A DNA stretch of 57,933 bases from Mageeibacillus sp. UBA5747 (GTDB lineage Bacteria > Bacillota > Clostridia > Saccharofermentanales > UBA5734): NCBI GenBank assembly GCA_002419145.1, contig DIFN01000035.1, forward strand, positions 1 through 57,933. The letters run 5' to 3'. The position numbers were made by a program, and so were the translations under genes. Positions 8,547 to 18,359 of the stretch are shown piece by piece (the first letter of the stretch is position 1; each line of letters begins with the position of its first letter). Under the pieces are notes generated by a model. It did no database searches. It had not been told where the DNA came from and saw nothing but the letters and a program-made list of their open reading frames with translations.

Positions 8547-10037
8547 TTATCGGCCGACGACGCCGGTGCGGTTGATCAGGACGTCGAGCATTTCGTCGAT
8601 TGCGGTCACCAGACGGGCTGCTGCGGCATAACTTTTTTCAAAACGAACCAGATTGGTCATTTCTTCATCCATCGAGACACCCGCGACTGATTCACGCTGC
8701 TGGTCGATGCTCTCGACCAGAATCTGCTGGCCCGAAAGCCGGCTGTCGGTGTGGGCCGTTTCGATCGCCAGCGAGCCGATGAAGGTCCCCAGATAGCCGG
8801 AGAAGCTGCCAATGTCCGGGATGGTCTGGCTGGTGAAAAGATTGCCCAGCCGGAGTGCATTGGTATTGTCGCCGAGGGCATCCGGGGTGCCGTTGTTGCT
8901 GAACGTGACCGAACTCCCGGCCAGGGCAATCAGGTTGATGTCGGCTAGAATGGCTGCATCCACAGCCAAGTCAGCCGCCCCGCTGCCGGAGAAAAAGCCT
9001 CCACCGGTAACGGAAGGATCGGTTAGGGTATAGCCAAGCTTGTGCTGCGTATTAAACTCTTTTGCGATCCCCTCCGCCAGGCGGTCCAGCTGGCTAGCCA
9101 GATAGGGCAGCCCGATCGTATCCGCTGCCGCACCATCGCGCAATTCGAACAGGCCCTTGAGGCTACCGCCGAAACTACTGCCGGAAAGGTCCAGGTTGGG
9201 CTCATCACTCCAGGTTACAGCCAAGAGCTGCGGTCCGGTGCTGCTCAGGGGGTTGGCCAGAGTCGCTGCGGCGGCCAAGGATCGGCTGGTTGTATGGTCA
9301 ACGAGCAATTGGCTGTTGTCACCGAGGTAGACCTGAAGCTTGCCATCGCCCGTCTCTACGGCGGTGAACTGAACCAGCCCGGACAATTCGTCGAGCAGGG
9401 CATTGCGCTTGTCGCGCAGATCGTTGGCCCGCTGGCCGGACAGCTCGTAGCGGGCGATCTGGCCATTGTAATCAGCCAGAGTCACGGCAATGTCATTGAC
9501 CTGGAGGACTTGGGCGGCGATCGTCTGGTCGAGATCGGCCTGCTTGTCCAGGAGCTGGCTGGCCGCATGGTTGAAGGTTTCGGTCAGGATCTGGGCGTTC
9601 TGGACCAAATTGGTCCGGAACTCCGGGCTGACCGGATTTTTTGCCGCTTCCTGGACACTGGCGGAGAACTTGGCCAGGGCATTGGACAGGCCGGTGCCGG
9701 AGAGCTCGTCAAACACACTCTCAACATAGGCCAGATGCTCGGACCGGGCGGTCAGCTCGCTGCTGGTAGCGTTTTCCCGCCAGTACTGGCGGTCGAGAAA
9801 GGCATTGCGGACTTGCTCCACAGTCACGGCCTCCACACCGCCGCCAACAGCGCCGCGTTCGGACACGGCAAAACGGCTCTGTGTCCCAGTCGCCTCCACC
9901 GAGGCGACAACCAGACGCTGACGCGTGTAGCCGGGGGTATTGGCATTGGCGATGTTGTGGCCAGTGGTCTCCATCGCCTTCTGGCTGACCGACAAGGCTT
10001 TGCGGGCGATATCAAAACCGGAGAATGTGCTGCTCAT
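8547..10037 (-). CDS. flgK: Hook-associated protein FlgK
   Basis: MSSTFSGFDIARKAL..TTGHNIANANTPGYTRQR and SVAGVSMDEEMTNLVRFEKSYAAAARLV; start moved to the ATG after GGTGAGG. Confidence 0.96.
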   Translation of the reverse strand: MSSTFSGFDIARKALSVSQKAMETTGHNIANANTPGYTRQRLVVASVEATGTQSRFAVSERGAVGGGVEAVTVEQVRNAFLDRQYWRENATSSELTARSEHLAYVESVFDELSGTGLSNALAKFSASVQEAAKNPVSPEFRTNLVQNAQILTETFNHAASQLLDKQADLDQTIAAQVLQVNDIAVTLADYNGQIARYELSGQRANDLRDKRNALLDELSGLVQFTAVETGDGKLQVYLGDNSQLLVDHTTSRSLAAAATLANPLSSTGPQLLAVTWSDEPNLDLSGSSFGGSLKGLFELRDGAAADTIGLPYLASQLDRLAEGIAKEFNTQHKLGYTLTDPSVTGGGFFSGSGAADLAVDAAILADINLIALAGSSVTFSNNGTPDALGDNTNALRLGNLFTSQTIPDIGSFSGYLGTFIGSLAIETAHTDSRLSGQQILVESIDQQRESVAGVSMDEEMTNLVRFEKSYAAAARLVTAIDEMLDVLINRTGVVGR

Positions 10038-10044
10038 GGTCACC

Positions 10045-10542
10045 TCACCATATTTTGTCAAACAGGCTCTGCACCTGGCTCTTCGTACGGCTGAGATGAC
10101 CGGCGGCATCATAGGCCGTAGTCTCGACCGTCTGGGTCATTGAATCCATGAGTTCATGGACATAGTCGAGATGCATCGTCAGCAGGCGGGAATTGACCTC
10201 GTTAACTTGCTGCAAGTCGCCCAGGATTTCGGCAAAATCTGCCTGTAGCTGTTCCATGGTCTGGCGCTGCTGCGCTGACTGCCAGGGCAGGTTTTGCCAG
10301 GAAAGTGCTGCCGGTTCCCATCCGAGCTGATCAGCCAGAGCTTGGCTGGCCTGAGACCGGCTTTGCTCGAGCTTACCCAGCTGGTGCAGCAGATTCGCTT
10401 CTGCAGCCAGGATCTCATCAAGCTGCTCGGTATCCCCGCGAACAATCGTCTCGCGCTTCGAGCGGGCCAGGCGAAGCAATTCGCCGTAAGCGTTTTTCTG
10501 CGCCGTGACTGCGGCTATCACCGGATCGATCGCCGGCGTCAC
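10045..10542 (-). CDS. flgN: Export chaperone FlgN
   Basis: Helical 165-aa protein between flgM and flgK; LQQVNEVNSRLLTMHLDYV..TAYD. Confidence 0.85.
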   Translation of the reverse strand: MTPAIDPVIAAVTAQKNAYGELLRLARSKRETIVRGDTEQLDEILAAEANLLHQLGKLEQSRSQASQALADQLGWEPAALSWQNLPWQSAQQRQTMEQLQADFAEILGDLQQVNEVNSRLLTMHLDYVHELMDSMTQTVETTAYDAAGHLSRTKSQVQSLFDKIW

Positions 10543-10850
10543 AGGGATTCACCATCGGCGTCTTCCTGCTGCACGTTCAAATCCAGACCGAGCATTTTGC
10601 CTGCCACTCGGTCCACTGAGATCGTGTATTGACCTGCGGCGAGGCGATTGATGATGCCATGGATTTTGTCGCTGGGCACCGGATCGCTCTCGCGTGCGGC
10701 GCCGACCAGGCTGGCGAACAGCTGGGCCCGATCGGAGATCTCGACCGTGTCGCTGGGTGTGGCCACCACACTCGGTGCAGCCTGCTTCTGGCTGACGACC
10801 TTCTCATAACGGTGGATGGCTGTCGAAGCAATGAGGGGATTGATTTTCAC
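10539..10850 (-). CDS. flgM: Anti-sigma-28 factor FlgM
   Basis: MKI..., DTVEISDRAQ, KIHGIINRLAAGQYTISVDRVAGKML; position before flgN. Confidence 0.85.
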   Translation of the reverse strand: MKINPLIASTAIHRYEKVVSQKQAAPSVVATPSDTVEISDRAQLFASLVGAARESDPVPSDKIHGIINRLAAGQYTISVDRVAGKMLGLDLNVQQEDADGESL

Positions 10851-10900
10851 ACGGATTCCTCCTTTTACATCTGGTGATGAGTCATCGTGCTGCAGCCCGA

Positions 10901-11665
10901 TCAGCGCCGGATGTCGTTCTCGGTGGCCCGCATCTGGTCGGCAGTGGTCAGAGCTCGGCTCATCAGGGAATAGGCGCGCTGGGCCTGCATCAGACGGGTC
11001 ATTTCATCGGCCAGGGAGACATTAGACCCTTCAAGGGCGCCCTGGCGAACGGTGGCTGTGGTGGCGGCAGGGTCGCCGGAGGCCACACTGGCTCCGTACA
11101 AGTTGCCGCCCAGGGACTCCAGGCTGGACGGATCAGCAAACTGGACGATGCCGAGCTGGGCGATCGGTATTCCGGCCGCCACCAGCTGGCCATCCGGAGT
11201 GATGGTCAGCGAGTCCAGGGGCTGGCTGGCTGATATGCGCTGACCGTCGGCAGCGAGGACAAACTGGCCGCCTGTGGTCACCAGGGAAAATTGTCCATTC
11301 ACCGCCACCTGGCCAAACGAACCATCGCGCGTATAGGCTCTGCTGCCGTCGGCTGCTTCCACCTGGAAAAAGCCCGGACCGTCGAGGGCCAGGTCCAAGG
11401 GCTGTCCGGTCACTTCCAGCGGTCCACTGCGGTCATTTTGGATCACGGACTGGCTGGTCACGCCATGGCCCAGCTGCAGGTTACCAGTCTGGCTGTCCGC
11501 CGGCTGGGCCGGATTTTGCAACGCCGTGTATAGAGCGTCCCCAAAATCAACGCGCTGGCTTTTGTATCCGGTGGTGTTGATGTTGGCGATGTTATTGGCG
11601 ATGGTGTCGATGCGCTGCTGCTGGGCCAGAAGGCCCGCAGTTGCTGTCCGCATGGTGTTTGACAT
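10901..11665 (-). CDS. flgG: Distal rod protein FlgG/FlhP
   Basis: QQQRIDTIANNIANINTTGYK, TGQPLDLALDGPGFF, YTRDGSF, QGALEGSNV; GGAGG RBS at MSNTM. Confidence 0.9.
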   Translation of the reverse strand: MSNTMRTATAGLLAQQQRIDTIANNIANINTTGYKSQRVDFGDALYTALQNPAQPADSQTGNLQLGHGVTSQSVIQNDRSGPLEVTGQPLDLALDGPGFFQVEAADGSRAYTRDGSFGQVAVNGQFSLVTTGGQFVLAADGQRISASQPLDSLTITPDGQLVAAGIPIAQLGIVQFADPSSLESLGGNLYGASVASGDPAATTATVRQGALEGSNVSLADEMTRLMQAQRAYSLMSRALTTADQMRATENDIRR

Positions 11666-11678
11666 GACGTCCTCCTGC

Positions 11679-12431
11679 TTAGAGCCGGCCGATCTCGTTG
11701 ACCGACTTGCCCAGTTTCTCATCAAAAATTTTGACCATCCGTTGGTTGATTTCGTGGCTGCGGTAGATTTCGATCATGCTGGCCATCTGGCTGGAAAGGT
11801 CGACATTCGAACTTTCGAGAAAGCCCTGGCGGACTTCGCTGGTCCCGGCTGTTTCCCGGATGGTCGCCTCGTAATTGCTGTAGAGATTAGCACCTTCCTT
11901 GCGCAGTCCCTGCGGATTGTCGAATGCAACCAGGCGCAGCTGGAAGTTGCCGGCCGGCGTCTGGACGCGTCCTGACGGACTGACCGCAAACCCGCCCTGG
12001 CCGATCGCCAGCAGGCCATCCGTCCCGAGCACGGGCCAGCCCTCCTGGGTGGTCAGGATTCCTGCGGCTGAAACTTTGAAATTGCCTGACCGAGTATAGC
12101 GCTCACCGGCTGGTGTAGCCACGGCAAAAAAAGCATCCCCACTCAGGGCCAGGTCCGTGGCCCGGCCGGTTTCTTCCAGCGCGCCCTGTTCAAACGAAGT
12201 CGCTACTTCATCAATGTGCACGCCCTGACTGAAAGTTCCGACTGGTGTGGCGCTGCCCATCAGCGCGGGATCATCCATTCGGCTAATCAGCTCCTCCTCA
12301 AACGAGCGGGAGAGCAGATCGTCCTGCTTGAATCCAGCTGTTGTCGCATTGGCCAGGTTATTGGTGACCACATCCATCCGCCTTTGCTGAGTCAGCATAC
12401 CGGTATGGGCCAGATAGAGTCCTCGTAACAT
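11679..12431 (-). CDS. flgF: Rod protein FlgF/FlhO
   Basis: MLRGLY..GM..NNLANATTAGFK, TGRATDLALSGDAFF, YTRSGNF, QGFLESSNV. Confidence 0.9.
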   Translation of the reverse strand: MLRGLYLAHTGMLTQQRRMDVVTNNLANATTAGFKQDDLLSRSFEEELISRMDDPALMGSATPVGTFSQGVHIDEVATSFEQGALEETGRATDLALSGDAFFAVATPAGERYTRSGNFKVSAAGILTTQEGWPVLGTDGLLAIGQGGFAVSPSGRVQTPAGNFQLRLVAFDNPQGLRKEGANLYSNYEATIRETAGTSEVRQGFLESSNVDLSSQMASMIEIYRSHEINQRMVKIFDEKLGKSVNEIGRL

Positions 12432-12480
12432 GGGCTTACCTCATTTCGCCAGTCCATCGTGTGCCCACGATTGCCACGGC

Positions 12481-12517
12481 CTTACTATATATATCGACAC
12501 TTTTTGCCATCACTTGA
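12481..12517 (-). promoter_or_regulatory. Sigma-28 promoter of the flhO-flhP-flgM-flgN-flgK-flgL-fliW-csrA block
   Basis: TCAA(12517-12514)-N15-GTCGATAT(12498-12491), immediately after the fliA stop. Confidence 0.75.
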
Positions 12518-12518
12518 G

Positions 12519-13331
12519 TCATTTCCGGATCACTTCGACCCGCATCAGACGATTCAGTCGGGTTCTCAATTTGAGCAGGACGCTGGAGTGGATCTGCGAG
12601 ATGCGGGACTCCGACAGTTTGAGCACCTGGCCGATTTCTTTCAGGGTCAACTCCTCGTCGTAGTACAACGACAAGACCAGTTGTTCTTTGTCTGACAGGG
12701 ACGCAATTTCTTCTCGCAGCAGCCGTTCAATTTCCTGCTTTTCAAACGCCGCATCGATCCGGTTATCCTCTGGGATGTCAGGGCCATCGTCCTGGGCGGT
12801 GCTGAGCAGCTCATCCAGGCGCAGTACATTAAGACAATAGGCCTCGCCCAGGATTTCCTGCAGCGTCGCCAGATCGAGCCGCAGATAGTCAGCCAACTCG
12901 GCATCACAAGGGGTCCGGCCGAGGCTGTGGCCCAGGCTGTCAATGGCCCGCTCAACCATCCGGATCTTGAGCCGCAAGTGGGTGGGAGCAAAGTCCTGGC
13001 GGCGCATGTAGTCGATGATTTCACCTCGGATCCGCAGCTGGGCATAGGACTCGAACGGGACGCCCCGCTTAAGGTCAAAGCGCTCGAAGGCATCCATCAG
13101 ACCGATGACGCCTGTGCTGATCAGGTCGTCGTAATCATGGTAGGACTGGGTCGAGGGATACAGGCGGTTGACAACCCGCTTGACCAGGCCGATGTAGTGC
13201 AGCAGCAACTCGTTGCGGCTCTCGAGGTCGCGGGTCTGGGCATAGGTCTGCCAGAGCACGTCGAGCGACGACTTGTCTGCCGGTGCCAAGCCGGCAGGCG
13301 GTTCGGTGGAAGGTGTGTGCGGCTGATTCAT
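12519..13331 (-). CDS. fliA: Flagellar sigma factor FliA/SigD
   Basis: DDLISTGVIGLMDAFERFD..GVPFESYAQLRIRGEIIDYMR; YYDEELTLKEIGQVLKLSESRISQIHS. Confidence 0.96.
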   Translation of the reverse strand: MNQPHTPSTEPPAGLAPADKSSLDVLWQTYAQTRDLESRNELLLHYIGLVKRVVNRLYPSTQSYHDYDDLISTGVIGLMDAFERFDLKRGVPFESYAQLRIRGEIIDYMRRQDFAPTHLRLKIRMVERAIDSLGHSLGRTPCDAELADYLRLDLATLQEILGEAYCLNVLRLDELLSTAQDDGPDIPEDNRIDAAFEKQEIERLLREEIASLSDKEQLVLSLYYDEELTLKEIGQVLKLSESRISQIHSSVLLKLRTRLNRLMRVEVIRK

Positions 13332-15367
13332 GCGTTCAGACTGACCATCCTTTCAGCAAGAATTTCGACCTGGTTGTCGATTTCGTTATAAGAGAGGACC
13401 GTCAGGTCCGGGATGATGGTCTCGGACAGTCGTTTGAAGTGGGGTCGGACTGAGGGTGCAGCTAAGACAACCGGGCTGCGTCCCTGGGCTGATTCGGCGG
13501 CCACCGCTTGCTTCAGGCTACCGAAAATCTGCCGGATCTGGTCGGGGGCCAGCGCGACAAAAGAACCATGTTCAGTCTGGCGGACTTTCTCCAAGATCAG
13601 CTGTTCCAGCGTTGGGTCGAGCGCTATGCCAAATAAGCGGTTGTCCTCGGCATGGCGGTGGGTGATCACCCGTTTCAGGCGCTGGCGGACCTGCTCGACC
13701 AGGAAATCGGGATGACGGTTGACCGCAGCCTGATCGGCCATGGTCTCGACAATGGTGCCCATGTCGCGGATCGGGACTCCTTCACGCAGCAGACCAGCCA
13801 GAACCTTTTGCAGGTCACCCAGGGACAATAGCTTAGGAAAGACTTCCTCGCACAGGACCGGCTGGGTCTTGCGCAGGTTGTCGACCAGGCTCTGGACTTG
13901 CTGGCGGTCGAGCAGTTCATGGCTGTGGCGTTTCAGAAGTTCGGACAGGTGGGTCGCGATGACCGAGGTCGGATCAATGATCGTACATTGCAGCAATTCG
14001 GCCTTGTCGCGGTCCTTTTTACTGATCCACCGTGCCGGCAGCCCAAAAGCTGGATCGACGGCCGCGATGCCCCGCAGATGGTCCAAAGGTTTGCCCTCCG
14101 GTTGCAAGGCCATCAGGTGGTCTGGCAGCACTTCGCCCTGTCCGATCGCTTCACCACGGATGCGCAGGATGTATTCATTGGCTTTGAGCAGAATGCTGTC
14201 GTGCAGGCGAATTCCGGGCAGGATCAGGCCCAGATCCGTGGCAAACTGGCGCCGGATCATGACAATCCGCTCCGACAGGTCGCCGCCCTGAGCCGGGTCG
14301 GCCAGAGCGATCAGGCCAAAACCTAATTCCAGTTCCACCGGATCGACACCTAATAAGTCGGTCAGATTATCCGAAGTCTGGCATTCACCAGGCACAGGTT
14401 CAGCTGCCCGGTCCGCGGCAGTTGTCCCTGCAGCGCGTCTCTGGCGCAGCAGGAATCCCAGACCGATCAGGAGGGTTGCGAGCGCAAAAATCGAAAGTTT
14501 GGGCAAACCGGGGATCAGAGCCAGGCCCATCAGCATGCTGCCGGCAAGGATCAGGAGCAGCGGCTGGGCTGACATCTGATCGATGATGTCGCGACCCAAG
14601 TTGCTTTCGGACTCCGAGCGAGTGACCAGAATACCAGTCGCTGTGGTGATCAGCAGCGCCGGCAGCTGGCTGACCAGGCCATCTCCGACGGTGGCCAGGG
14701 TATAAATCCGGATTACTTCGCCGATCGGCAAACCGGATGAGAGCATTCCGATGATGATGCCGCCAATGATGTTGATCACAGTGATCAGGATTCCGACGAT
14801 CGCATCACCTTTGACAAATTTGCTGGCGCCGTCCATCGAGCCATAGAAATCAGCCTCGCGCTGGATTTTTTCGCGGCGCTGCTTGGCTTTGACCTCATCG
14901 ATCAAGCCGGCATTGAGATCGGCATCGATCGCCATCTGCTTGCCTGGCATCGCATCGAGGGTGAATCGGGCCGCCACTTCGGCGACGCGTTCCGCACCCT
15001 TGGTGATGACCATGAACTGGATGACAATGATGATTACAAAAATGATCACACCGACAGCCAGGTTGCCACCAATGACAAAATTGCCAAAGGTCCGGATCAC
15101 CGCACCGGCTTCACCGCCATTGCCCAGGATCATGCGGGTCGATGAGATATTCAGGGATAGTCTGAACAACGTCAGGATCAACAACAGCGACGGGAAAACC
15201 GAGAATTCCAATGTTTCTTTGGTAAACATCGAGTATAAGAGGACGATGATCGACAGGCTGATGTTGATGATCAGGAAGAAGTCGAGCAGCATCGGATTCA
15301 CCGGAACCAGAATCAGGATGATGATTAAAAAGACACCACCACCCACCAGAAAATCCATCAGTTTCAT
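13328..15367 (-). CDS. flhA: Export apparatus FlhA
   Basis: FPSLLLILTLFRLSLN, AEVAARFTLDAMPGKQMAIDADLNAG, FYGSMDGASKFVKGD. Confidence 0.98.
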   Translation of the reverse strand: MKLMDFLVGGGVFLIIILILVPVNPMLLDFFLIINISLSIIVLLYSMFTKETLEFSVFPSLLLILTLFRLSLNISSTRMILGNGGEAGAVIRTFGNFVIGGNLAVGVIIFVIIIVIQFMVITKGAERVAEVAARFTLDAMPGKQMAIDADLNAGLIDEVKAKQRREKIQREADFYGSMDGASKFVKGDAIVGILITVINIIGGIIIGMLSSGLPIGEVIRIYTLATVGDGLVSQLPALLITTATGILVTRSESESNLGRDIIDQMSAQPLLLILAGSMLMGLALIPGLPKLSIFALATLLIGLGFLLRQRRAAGTTAADRAAEPVPGECQTSDNLTDLLGVDPVELELGFGLIALADPAQGGDLSERIVMIRRQFATDLGLILPGIRLHDSILLKANEYILRIRGEAIGQGEVLPDHLMALQPEGKPLDHLRGIAAVDPAFGLPARWISKKDRDKAELLQCTIIDPTSVIATHLSELLKRHSHELLDRQQVQSLVDNLRKTQPVLCEEVFPKLLSLGDLQKVLAGLLREGVPIRDMGTIVETMADQAAVNRHPDFLVEQVRQRLKRVITHRHAEDNRLFGIALDPTLEQLILEKVRQTEHGSFVALAPDQIRQIFGSLKQAVAAESAQGRSPVVLAAPSVRPHFKRLSETIIPDLTVLSYNEIDNQVEILAERMVSLNA

Positions 15368-16428
15368 ATGCGACCCTCCTTGAGCCGTGAGACATAGGCC
15401 AGGACTTCTGCCACAGCCCCGTACAATTCGACCGGGATCGCCCGGTCCAGTTCACAGGAAGCAAACAACATGCGGGCCAGTGGGCGGTTTTCAACCAGAG
15501 TCACCTGGTGTTCGCGGGCGATCGCTTTGATTTGTTGCGCCACCAAGTCCTTGCCCTTGGCCACCACGACCGGAGCTTTATCCTGGCCGGCTTCGTAGCG
15601 CAGGGCGACTGCAAAGTGCGTTGGATTGGTGATTACCACACTGGCTTCAGGTACCGCCTGCATCATGCGGCGCGCTGCCAGCTGGCGCTGGATCTGGCGG
15701 ATCCTCGACCGGGTTTGTGGATTACCTTCCATCTGCTTGAATTCTTCCTTGACCTCTTCCTTGGACATCATCTGATCCTTTTCGAAACGCCACCACTGAT
15801 AAACCAGGTCCACCCCGGCAATTCCCAGAAGGACCAGGGCACTGCGCAGGGCAATCTCTTCGATCAGGTCAAAAATGGTCTGGGTTGCCGTCGCCAGGTC
15901 ATTGGCCAGCAAAAAACCCAGGCGGAGCAGATTGATTTTCAGGACTGGGTAGGCCGCTGCGATGAGAATGATGATCTTGAGCAGCGCTTTGACCAGTTCC
16001 GCGACACTGCGCGAAGAAAACAGGCGTTTGAATCCCTCCAGCGGGTTGATCCGCTCAGGTTTGACCGCCAGAGCTTCTGTAGAAACGAGAAATTGCGTCT
16101 GAGCCAAGTTGATTCCGACCGCCAGGACCAGGGCCAGACCCATGACCGGGGCAAGCGCTTTGATCATCAGGAAGACACTCTGGCGATAAGCCAGCTGAGT
16201 CATCAGGATGGTCAGGGACTCGCCCTGCGGAATCCAGTCTTCATAGACCGTTACCAGCAGGCTTTTGATGGTAAGGCTCATCCACCCGAAAAGCAGACCA
16301 ATTGCCAGGACAAAAACCAGGATCTGAAACGAGCTGGAAAGATCCGTGCTCTTCATGACCTGACCGCGCTTCCGAGCATCCGCCTTCTTCTTGGCTGTGG
16401 CTTTTTCCGTCTTTTCACCGCCGCTCAT
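15364..16428 (-). CDS. flhB: Export switch FlhB
   Basis: EKTEKAT..K..DAR..GQV, MSKEEVKEEFKQMEGNP, autocleavage motif ITNPTH. Confidence 0.98.
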   Translation of the reverse strand: MSGGEKTEKATAKKKADARKRGQVMKSTDLSSSFQILVFVLAIGLLFGWMSLTIKSLLVTVYEDWIPQGESLTILMTQLAYRQSVFLMIKALAPVMGLALVLAVGINLAQTQFLVSTEALAVKPERINPLEGFKRLFSSRSVAELVKALLKIIILIAAAYPVLKINLLRLGFLLANDLATATQTIFDLIEEIALRSALVLLGIAGVDLVYQWWRFEKDQMMSKEEVKEEFKQMEGNPQTRSRIRQIQRQLAARRMMQAVPEASVVITNPTHFAVALRYEAGQDKAPVVVAKGKDLVAQQIKAIAREHQVTLVENRPLARMLFASCELDRAIPVELYGAVAEVLAYVSRLKEGRI

Positions 16429-17228
16429 GCCACACCCCCCAGCAGCTGAAGGGTCTGAGCCGACGCCGCAAAGAGCTGTTCGAACACCTGATCAGAAAAG
16501 GCGCCATACAAGGGTTGCATACCAAGCAGGACCACCATCCCCAACAGTGTTTTCATGGGGATGCCAATCATGTAGGCATGGATCTGGGGGACCGAGCGCA
16601 TCAGGATCCCGAGGAAAGCCTCGACCAGGAGCGAGGCCCCGATCATAGGCAGGCTCAGGCTGACAGCGAGGGAAAAGGAACTTGTGAACTGGGAGATAAC
16701 CAAGGGGGCTATGGCTGTCCAGGACAAAGCCGCGCCCACCGGAGCCAGCCGGAGTGATTGACTCAGGATGCGGATCAGGTGGAGATGGCCATTGTTGGCC
16801 AGAAAGTACAGCAAAAGGCCCATATTGAGAAAAACACCGCTCAGAGGCGCCTGGGTAGACGTCTGGGGATCGAGGACACTGCCGATGCCCAGCCCCAGCT
16901 CGACGTCTATGATCTGGCCAGCCACCTGAGTCAGGCTGACAAAGATCTGGCCGACAAAACCCAGGAGCAGGCCAATTCCAGTCTCCTGCAAGATCAGAAA
17001 AGCGTAGGTCACGACTGGGTAGTCGGCTGGTTCGACTGGCAGATCTTGTACGGGAACCAACAGCAGCGTCAGAAGCAAGCAGAAACCAACTTTAAACTGG
17101 ACAGGCAGGGTACGGCGGCCAAAGACCGGCGTTGCCAGGAAAAAGCCGCTCAGACGCAGAAAAATCAGAAAATAATGTGGCAGCAAGGCGGGGTCGGGCA
17201 GGGGTACCGTCCAAGTATTCATATTCAT
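16425..17228 (-). CDS. fliR: FliR
   Basis: FLRLSGFFLATPVFG, AGQIIDVELGLG, PQIHAYMIGIPMK. Confidence 0.95.
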   Translation of the reverse strand: MNMNTWTVPLPDPALLPHYFLIFLRLSGFFLATPVFGRRTLPVQFKVGFCLLLTLLLVPVQDLPVEPADYPVVTYAFLILQETGIGLLLGFVGQIFVSLTQVAGQIIDVELGLGIGSVLDPQTSTQAPLSGVFLNMGLLLYFLANNGHLHLIRILSQSLRLAPVGAALSWTAIAPLVISQFTSSFSLAVSLSLPMIGASLLVEAFLGILMRSVPQIHAYMIGIPMKTLLGMVVLLGMQPLYGAFSDQVFEQLFAASAQTLQLLGGVA

Positions 17229-17494
17229 TCCACCAGCGTTGCAATGCTCGCAAAGACCTGGAGCGTGAATTCAGTCAGGCGCGTCAGCATCCAGCTGCCA
17301 AAAAACAGCAGGGACAGCAGGATGCTGAGGATTTTCGGGATGAAGACCAAGGTTTGCTCATTGATCTGAGTCATGGCCTGGAAAATCGAGACAACCAGGC
17401 CAACCGCGAGGCCAATCAGCAGCACCGGTGCCGAAACTTCGATCACCACAGTGATGGCTTCTTTGAAAATTTGGAGGATGACGGCCTGGTCCAT
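17225..17494 (-). CDS. fliQ: FliQ
   Basis: GLAVGLVVSIFQAMTQINEQTLVFIPKI; start moved to MDQAV after ACAGGAG. Confidence 0.96.
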   Translation of the reverse strand: MDQAVILQIFKEAITVVIEVSAPVLLIGLAVGLVVSIFQAMTQINEQTLVFIPKILSILLSLLFFGSWMLTRLTEFTLQVFASIATLVE

Positions 17495-17564
17495 GATGGA
17501 TCTCCTGTCTGACTGATTTTGAAGTTGCTTTTGAGGTTGATTTTGGATCGGGCTGGCTTGGTTT

Positions 17565-18359
17565 TCAGTGGAAACTGTCAAACAAGGTTTTGATCACGAG
17601 GGTCCAGCCATCGACAAGAACGAAAAGCAGGATCTTGAAGGGCAGAGAGATGACCGTGGGTGGCAACATCATCATGCCCATCGACATCAGCGTGCTGGCG
17701 ACGATCATGTCGATCACCAGAAATGGAACAAAAATGAAAAAACCGATCTGAAAGGAGCGCTTGAGTTCACTGGTCACAAAGGCCGGAATCAGGACACGGG
17801 TGGGAATGTCTTCAAGGGTTGGGACCGATTCGATCTGGGCCAGATCCATGAACAATTCAAGATCTTTTGTGTACACCTGGCGCGTCATGAATGCACGCAA
17901 AGGCTTGATTGCCTCATCAATGGCCACCGACTGGGTGATTTCACCGGCCACATAAGGCTCATAGGCATTAGCTTGGATCTCGCTGATAAAAGGACCCATG
18001 AAAAAGAAGTTCAGGATCAGCGCCAGCCCGATCAGGATCTGGTTGGGTGGCATTTGCTGCAGACCCAGAGCATTTCTCACAAACGAGAGGACGATCAGGA
18101 TCCGGGTGAATCCAGTCGTCAGGATCAGGATCGAAGGCGCCAGGGCCAGAATGGTCAGGAGAACGAGCAGGTTGATGCCGTCGCCCTGGTCGGCCGGTAA
18201 CTGGATCGAAACCGCTGCAACGTTCTGTCCCCACAGGAGAGGGGCGAAAAGCCCCGTCGCCACCAGGCAGACTTTAGCCAGAACGTTTTTCCGGATCACA
18301 GGCTGTTCAGTTGTCTTTGTGGTCCGGCGGGCCAGAAGTCCTGCGTGTACAAGCGGCAT
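17565..18359 (-). CDS. fliP: FliP
   Basis: TGFTRILIVLSFVRNALGLQQMPPNQ, IPAFVTSELK, MGMMMLPPTVISLPFKILLFVLVDGW; start placed at MPLVH (uncertain). Confidence 0.96.
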   Translation of the reverse strand: MPLVHAGLLARRTTKTTEQPVIRKNVLAKVCLVATGLFAPLLWGQNVAAVSIQLPADQGDGINLLVLLTILALAPSILILTTGFTRILIVLSFVRNALGLQQMPPNQILIGLALILNFFFMGPFISEIQANAYEPYVAGEITQSVAIDEAIKPLRAFMTRQVYTKDLELFMDLAQIESVPTLEDIPTRVLIPAFVTSELKRSFQIGFFIFVPFLVIDMIVASTLMSMGMMMLPPTVISLPFKILLFVLVDGWTLVIKTLFDSFH

